64,000 nt of DNA from a virus, in the IMG/VR virus record IMGVR_UViG_3300028831_000097, positions 1 through 64,000 of that record, one strand, 5' to 3'. Below the pieces are notes generated by a model. That model was given only the letters and a program-made list of their open reading frames with translations. It did no database searches and was not told where the DNA came from. Positions 59,737 through 64,000 of this stretch are shown here, one piece after another. Position numbers and translations under genes: made by a program. How positions within the stretch are numbered: position 1 is the stretch's first letter; every line of letters starts with the position of its first letter.

Positions 59737-59946
59737 GGCCATCAGGCCAACCGTCCCGTAACTATTCGCCGGTTGCGATTTTGGCTTTTCAATGGCTTGG
59801 CTTGCGCCTTGCACTGACAATTACAGCAACGTTAGTGCCACAAGTGATACGGGTACTAAGTTCTTTAGAATCAACGAAAGTAGCAATCAGGTAAGAATCA
59901 GTACTACACGAAATCGGATAGTCAAGTTGACAGACAATCAGCATAA

Positions 59947-60192
59947 ATGAGCGTAAAACCAAACAAGTCAACAGTTTCACTAAGTACACCAAATAGTATC
60001 ACTACCGCACCAAATAGTATACGCTTGAGATTGCCGGAGTATGCTAATGTGCGTTGGCTGATTGAGCATGGCTTTGTGAAGCGCACGGCCTACAGATTGG
60101 TACGTGAGCCTAGTCGAATTGATTTGACGACACTGGCGAAACTTTGCAATCTACTGCAATGTAAACCGAGTGACTTGCTTGTAACCGAGTAA
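59947..60192 (+). CDS. XRE/Cro-type helix-turn-helix regulator
   Basis: IRLRLPEY...TAYRLVREPSRIDLTTLAKLCNLLQCKPSDLL fits the HTH pattern ..IDL.TL.KLC..L.C.P.DLL. The true start may be TTG 60025, since homologs start at M-I/V-R-L. Confidence 0.6.
   Translation: MSVKPNKSTVSLSTPNSITTAPNSIRLRLPEYANVRWLIEHGFVKRTAYRLVREPSRIDLTTLAKLCNLLQCKPSDLLVTE
59987..60020. promoter_or_regulatory. Two 13-bp direct repeats CACCAAATAGTAT spaced 21 bp apart
   Basis: Copies at 59987-59999 and 60008-60020, just upstream of the conserved start of the HTH domain (TTG 60025). Confidence 0.45.
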
Positions 60193-60309
60193 GTACGCAG
60201 ACCGAAGCGAAAGGGGTGAGGGAATGATATTTCCAGCATCAGGTGAGAAACAGCACCATCACTATACGTATCCCGCAAAAGCAGTGCCGAAGAGGAGGGT
60301 GGATAGTTG

Positions 60310-60558
60310 ATGAGCACTGCTCGACGTAAAGCTGAGCCCGTAGTCAACACAATCACGCTCGACGGGCGTGATCTTTCCGGTGATTGGTACGACACCGAAG
60401 GGCGCGAGTATTATGTCGGCGTAGCATGGCATGGTTATGTGATAGTTTGCTATCGTCAACGCAATAGTATTCAGCCGTGGCCGTTTCTGGTGACGGATGG
60501 CGACTTTGGGCCGGGGCGACGATTTCAACGGAAGACTAAACACGGAGAATCGCAATGA
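60310..60558 (+). CDS. Hypothetical protein
   Basis: ATG at 60310 with GAGGAGGG upstream. Confidence 0.45.
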   Translation: MSTARRKAEPVVNTITLDGRDLSGDWYDTEGREYYVGVAWHGYVIVCYRQRNSIQPWPFLVTDGDFGPGRRFQRKTKHGESQ

Positions 60559-60641
60559 TCACCACCACCTACAACCTCTGGCGTAATGCGATGATAGTTT
60601 TTGCCCTGATTTGTGCAATTCGTGCGATAATTCCCGGCTGA
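60555..60641 (+). CDS. Hypothetical 28-aa hydrophobic peptide
   Basis: ATGA overlap upstream, and its stop abuts the terS GTG. Own translation is MITTTYNLWRNAMIVFALICAIRAIIPG. Confidence 0.3.
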   Translation: MITTTYNLWRNAMIVFALICAIRAIIPG

Positions 60642-61358
60642 GTGAGCACTGAGCTAACACAATTCAATTCCACGTCTCGTGCCCCAATTTTATTTGGTGG
60701 CCTAACCTCGAAACAGAATCAGTTCGTTGCTAACTTTACCGGGAACGATCCACAACTCACAGGCAACGGTGCAAAGTCAGCATTTGCAGCAGGTTACGGT
60801 TCAACGCTGGAGATTGCTGCTATTCGGGCATCACAACTCTTAAGAACGCGTAAGATACGTGAAGAGGTCCAGCGCAGACTGGGTATTAGCGTTGCATCAC
60901 CCTCAGAAGTACTAGAAACCCTCACGCGACACGCACGCGCCGATCTTACTGACGTACTCACTCCTGACGGTGAATTCTCATTCAAAGCCGCGAGAAATAA
61001 GCGATTACTGAAGAAGCTGAAGATTAAGAAGCGTTACGAGAAAGACGCCGATGGTAATCTTCAGCCGGTGATTGAGCAGGAGTTCGAGATCCACGATCCC
61101 CAAGCGGCACTTGATAAGCTCGGCAAATTCCATCGATTGTGGTCTGAGCGGGCTGAGATTGAAACTCAAGCTGATCCGGCGCAACTGGCCACTCTCCTTA
61201 CCTCCATGCTCGGCGTAGTCCGAGATGCAGTCCTCGCTCATCGCGCAAGTGAGAGTGCGTTACTAGGTTCAGGTGAGAGTGGTGACGAGTTGTCGCAATC
61301 GTCGCAAGTAATCGAAGCTGAGGTGATTAGTACTCGCAACAGTGAGAATGGACCATGA
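60642..61358 (+). CDS. terS: Terminase small subunit
   Basis: LTSKQNQFVANF...GNGAKSAFAAGYGS...AAIRASQLL matches the Terminase_2-type N-terminal HTH pattern (LT.KQ..F...Y...N...A...AGYS...A...AS.LL). GTG start. Confidence 0.65.
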   Translation: MSTELTQFNSTSRAPILFGGLTSKQNQFVANFTGNDPQLTGNGAKSAFAAGYGSTLEIAAIRASQLLRTRKIREEVQRRLGISVASPSEVLETLTRHARADLTDVLTPDGEFSFKAARNKRLLKKLKIKKRYEKDADGNLQPVIEQEFEIHDPQAALDKLGKFHRLWSERAEIETQADPAQLATLLTSMLGVVRDAVLAHRASESALLGSGESGDELSQSSQVIEAEVISTRNSENGP

Positions 61359-61471
61359 ATGACTACGACGAGTACTCGCGCACGTTGACGCTGATTACTT
61401 TCCCGCCGATGGCTCCTGATCAACTTGGCTGGTATCTCGACTCGCCCTCAAATCCGCTCATCGGATGGTGA
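61355..61471 (+). CDS. Hypothetical 38-aa protein
   Basis: ATGA overlap with the terS stop. Confidence 0.25.
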   Translation: MNDYDEYSRTLTLITFPPMAPDQLGWYLDSPSNPLIGW

Positions 61472-61533
61472 GACGTGGATTGCGCGTAATTGGTTCCCGA
61501 CACTGATCGTACCTGACGACTATACATCTAGCG

Positions 61534-61635
61534 GGGGTATAGGTGAGATGGGTTAGGTATGACAACGACTGTCGATGGTGACAGCTACCGGCGAGTGTCG
61601 CATACGAATAGCTACTACATGCGACACCTATACTC
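61534..61635. other. Structured element in the convergent intergenic region
   Basis: GTATAGGTG pairs with CACCTATAC as the outer stem. It encloses CTGTC-gatggt-GACAG and the 9-bp perfect inverted repeat GTGTCGCAT (61595-603) / ATGCGACAC (61619-627). Confidence 0.3.
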
Positions 61636-61775
61636 AGTTGCGTATAGCGATGACTGCTAGAGGTAAACATTCGCAAGGGGGCGGGGGTACTTTCACTCTC
61701 ACTCACAAAGGTGGTCGCCCGAGATAACGACGGGGCGGGAGTGGAACGGGACTCGATGCGTACGTCTGTAGAGCC

Positions 61776-62186
61776 TTAGAACGCAAACTCTCCCTCCAGC
61801 ACCTCGCATCCTTGCTCCTTTAATAACTCGCCACAACGACGATGAACAGTGTTGATAACGGTTGCCAGTAATTTTGCTGGCGCAACTCCGCAAACGTGCA
61901 GGTAAGCATCATCGTCGCCGAAATAATAATGCGCACAGCCGTCCCATTTAACAGAGCCTTCGAGATAGCGTTCGGCTTCGTCGAAGCCGGTAGTTGAGTC
62001 TCCCGGCAACGATTGGGCATTCTTGATCGGATATAGAATCTTACTCTCATCGTTCGCTTCCCGGCCGATGATCTCAGCGACAAAGAATTCGACGTGGTGT
62101 CGAAAGACGCGATAGCGCACGGTGACTCGTTCAGCGCCAGACCCGATTTGCTCGACGATTTCTCTATTGACGGTTTCGCCTGTCAT
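61776..62186 (-). CDS. Hypothetical protein
   Basis: 136-aa ORF. Confidence 0.5.
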   Translation of the reverse strand: MTGETVNREIVEQIGSGAERVTVRYRVFRHHVEFFVAEIIGREANDESKILYPIKNAQSLPGDSTTGFDEAERYLEGSVKWDGCAHYYFGDDDAYLHVCGVAPAKLLATVINTVHRRCGELLKEQGCEVLEGEFAF

Positions 62187-62196
62187 TAGTTTTCCC

Positions 62197-62514
62197 TTAG
62201 ACCAAACAGCACTCCTCGTTGAACATCTCTCTCACTCGCGACAGCTTCGTATCAGTAGTGAAAGTGGGATCACTCTGCGCGAGCAGCAAATGGACCAGTT
62301 CGTGAATCAATCCAGTATCCGAGAGGAGCCATTGCGTTTGCTTCTCCTTCAGCCAGCAGGTAACGCAGGCAAAGTGCAAGATAGGGAGCAGATTTGCGCT
62401 GAACTCCTCGTCCGACATGTGCGAGTAGCGTAAATAGTCTTCGCGCAGGGAGGAGTAGGAGAGCACGTAGTGTCCGGTACGATTGGAAGTGGGGTCAGGG
62501 TTGTAGCTGATCAC
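62197..62514 (-). CDS. Hypothetical protein carrying an HExxH motif
   Basis: Contains GLIHELVHLL; 105 aa. Confidence 0.45.
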   Translation of the reverse strand: MISYNPDPTSNRTGHYVLSYSSLREDYLRYSHMSDEEFSANLLPILHFACVTCWLKEKQTQWLLSDTGLIHELVHLLLAQSDPTFTTDTKLSRVREMFNEECCLV

Positions 62515-62715
62515 TTATAGATCTCGGTCGAGTAGTTTATCTACCTGTCTCCTGAATTCCACTTGTGCCTCGGTAATTTGACGAATTCTCTCGAACGGAT
62601 CTTCGCTGGCGTTGAGTTGCACCTGTCGCCACATTAGACGGTCTAACTCATTGAAGCGCCGCTGAACTTCGAGCACGTCTTCTAATCCTTGCTCAAAGTA
62701 ATCACGCTCAGTCAT
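62515..62715 (-). CDS. Hypothetical helical protein
   Basis: Abuts the downstream gene. Confidence 0.5.
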   Translation of the reverse strand: MTERDYFEQGLEDVLEVQRRFNELDRLMWRQVQLNASEDPFERIRQITEAQVEFRRQVDKLLDRDL

Positions 62716-62751
62716 CTCCTGTTACCCCTCCCCTTCGACTGTCGAGGCGAA

Positions 62752-62967
62752 TCACTTGTCGTCCTCAAACCAGTGCGGATGTATTTCTTGCATGAGTTCC
62801 CGTACTAATGGATGTTCCCGGTACGCGCTATCCGATTGACAGTCCCAATCACCGTCCTCAAGTGCCCTGATAACGGTCTTTAATACGGCTCGTTTATTAA
62901 TCGGTTTATCATTGAGAACAACTTCCGCGATCTGATCAAAGATTACCGTTGCGCTACACCAGCCCAT
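62752..62967 (-). CDS. Hypothetical protein
   Basis: 71-aa ORF. Confidence 0.5.
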   Translation of the reverse strand: MGWCSATVIFDQIAEVVLNDKPINKRAVLKTVIRALEDGDWDCQSDSAYREHPLVRELMQEIHPHWFEDDK

Positions 62968-62968
62968 T

Positions 62969-63175
62969 TTAACTTCTCTCTTTCTTCGGTCGACTGCCGT
63001 GCTGTTCTCTCTGGATCTTCGTCATTAACGACCATGCGACTAGATGATTTTCAATGTGCGGATCGAGGCCACCAGTGAATGGCCCGTCTGTCGGCACCCA
63101 CCATTGACATCGTAGGCAGTAGGCCCATCCGTCTTCGTACTGCTCATAGTCAAACACTTTGAAAGGAAGTGCCAT
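62969..63175 (-). CDS. Hypothetical protein
   Basis: 68-aa ORF. Confidence 0.5.
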   Translation of the reverse strand: MALPFKVFDYEQYEDGWAYCLRCQWWVPTDGPFTGGLDPHIENHLVAWSLMTKIQREQHGSRPKKERS

Positions 63176-63176
63176 T

Positions 63177-63371
63177 TCAGTTGACTTGTCGCGCTAGTCC
63201 ACTCTCCGCCTCCAGCGCCCACAGCTTTACCGTCACCCGTCCTGCTTCCTCGTCGAGATTTCGTAACCCTTGCAGCAGGGGAGCCGCGGTACGAGGCACG
63301 AAGCAGTCTTCGATGACGAGGTAGAGGGGCCATTGAAGGAGAAGATTCTCGTTCATTGAACCGGAATTCAT
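63177..63371 (-). CDS. Hypothetical protein
   Basis: ATG at 63371 in an ATGA overlap with the stop of 63368..63586. The longer 63548 start would overlap that gene. Confidence 0.45.
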   Translation of the reverse strand: MNSGSMNENLLLQWPLYLVIEDCFVPRTAAPLLQGLRNLDEEAGRVTVKLWALEAESGLARQVN

Positions 63372-63586
63372 AGCAATATCGCCGATTGATACGCGTCGAT
63401 AGCGGCGATTACCACGTCGCGTAAGTACACCTTCTCTTGCGGTGATTGAGCGGCATAGGTTTTCTTTAAGTAGTCTTGCTGGGTCGGTGTTAACTTTTCC
63501 CAATGGGCGTAGCCGTTCTTTCCCTCGATCCACTGCGAGCCGCGCCACCCCGGTTCTGCGAGTCCGTCATAGTTGATTTCGCTCAT
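63368..63586 (-). CDS. Hypothetical protein
   Basis: 72-aa ORF. Confidence 0.5.
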   Translation of the reverse strand: MSEINYDGLAEPGWRGSQWIEGKNGYAHWEKLTPTQQDYLKKTYAAQSPQEKVYLRDVVIAAIDAYQSAILL

Positions 63587-63589
63587 CGC

Positions 63590-63907
63590 TTACAACTCCA
63601 ATCTCCGCAGAATTGAATTCAACCTGTTCGCAATTGAGTGTAGTCGATCACTTGTGCCGTTGATTCGGGACGCTACTCCTACTACTGTGCGTTTTGGGTC
63701 ATTCGTCGTGCCACCTTCCGCTGCCTCTGGCTCGTTGCGCAGGACTCCGTTCAAACGCTTTTCCATCTCTGCGCATAACTCCTCGTGAGCCACAACTGAC
63801 TTTTCCAGCACGTCGAAAGCTTCAGGGATCTGGGCTTGGCGTGCGGGACTGGTCGAACTTACGGTGTCGGCGTATCTCTCTGATACTTGATTCATGTTCG
63901 TACTCAT
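63590..63907 (-). CDS. Hypothetical protein
   Basis: ATG at 63907 with GGAGG 7 nt upstream. Confidence 0.5.
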   Translation of the reverse strand: MSTNMNQVSERYADTVSSTSPARQAQIPEAFDVLEKSVVAHEELCAEMEKRLNGVLRNEPEAAEGGTTNDPKRTVVGVASRINGTSDRLHSIANRLNSILRRLEL

Positions 63908-63949
63908 CACTCATCCTCCATGGTTGATTTTATTTTAGTGATCCCTCGC

Positions 63950-63997
63950 AGTTTGGCCTAACTGAACCTACCCACTGACTACCATTCAGGCCAAACT
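63950..63997. promoter_or_regulatory. 10-bp perfect inverted repeat AGTTTGGCCT / AGGCCAAACT with a 28-nt spacer
   Basis: Read directly; lies upstream of the leftward gene 63590..63907, at the window edge. Confidence 0.35.
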
Positions 63998-64000
63998 TCA

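Noticed and set aside
59550-59992. ORFs 59550..59894 (+) and 59789..59992 (-) in the divergent region
   Set aside because: Their translations are Leu/Ser/Arg/Cys-rich with no RBS and no motifs, so the region is better explained as non-coding regulatory or structured DNA.
1-64000. An integrase, excisionase or attP that would indicate a temperate lifestyle
   Set aside because: No tyrosine or serine recombinase motifs were recognised in any ORF. Lifestyle cannot be decided from this window; only XRE-type and LexA-DBD-type regulators are present.

Overview
The whole 64 kb window reads as a tailed-phage or prophage genome. I found no rRNA, tRNA, CRISPR array, integrase or transposase. The layout has four blocks. 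(1) nt 1-38349, + strand: late/structural module with terL, portal, scaffold-like protein, major capsid, decoration-like protein, about 10 virion proteins, three tail-fibre-like genes, an enzyme island and a cluster of small membrane proteins. It is interrupted by one sense and two antisense HNH-type endonuclease genes. (2) nt 38359-59574, - strand: tightly packed early/replication module. It holds dnaN plus a second short clamp-like gene, a replisome-organizer-like gene with internal iterons, a DUF669-type SSB with a DDDIPF tail, a Cas4-like nuclease, a NinG-like gene, a small C5-MTase-like gene, NrdR-like and LexA-like DNA-binding-domain-only proteins, and many zinc-ribbon miniproteins. (3) nt 59947-61471, + strand: an XRE-type HTH gene and terS, placed far from terL. 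(4) nt 61776-63907, - strand: small hypothetical genes. Genes are very often joined by ATGA, GTGA or TAATG overlaps, and several plausible genes are shorter than the 60-aa ORF track cutoff. The observations I rank highest for follow-up are: a glycan/acyl-modification enzyme island inside the tail-fibre module, coupled to a Ser/Thr-rich protein; an in-frame TGA separating a zinc-ribbon ORF from a start-less 72-codon ORF; an iteron array inside the replication gene; a 14-bp perfect palindrome recurring three times; and a gp45-sized beta-clamp-like paralog. All functional calls come from motif recognition by eye, with no database search run.
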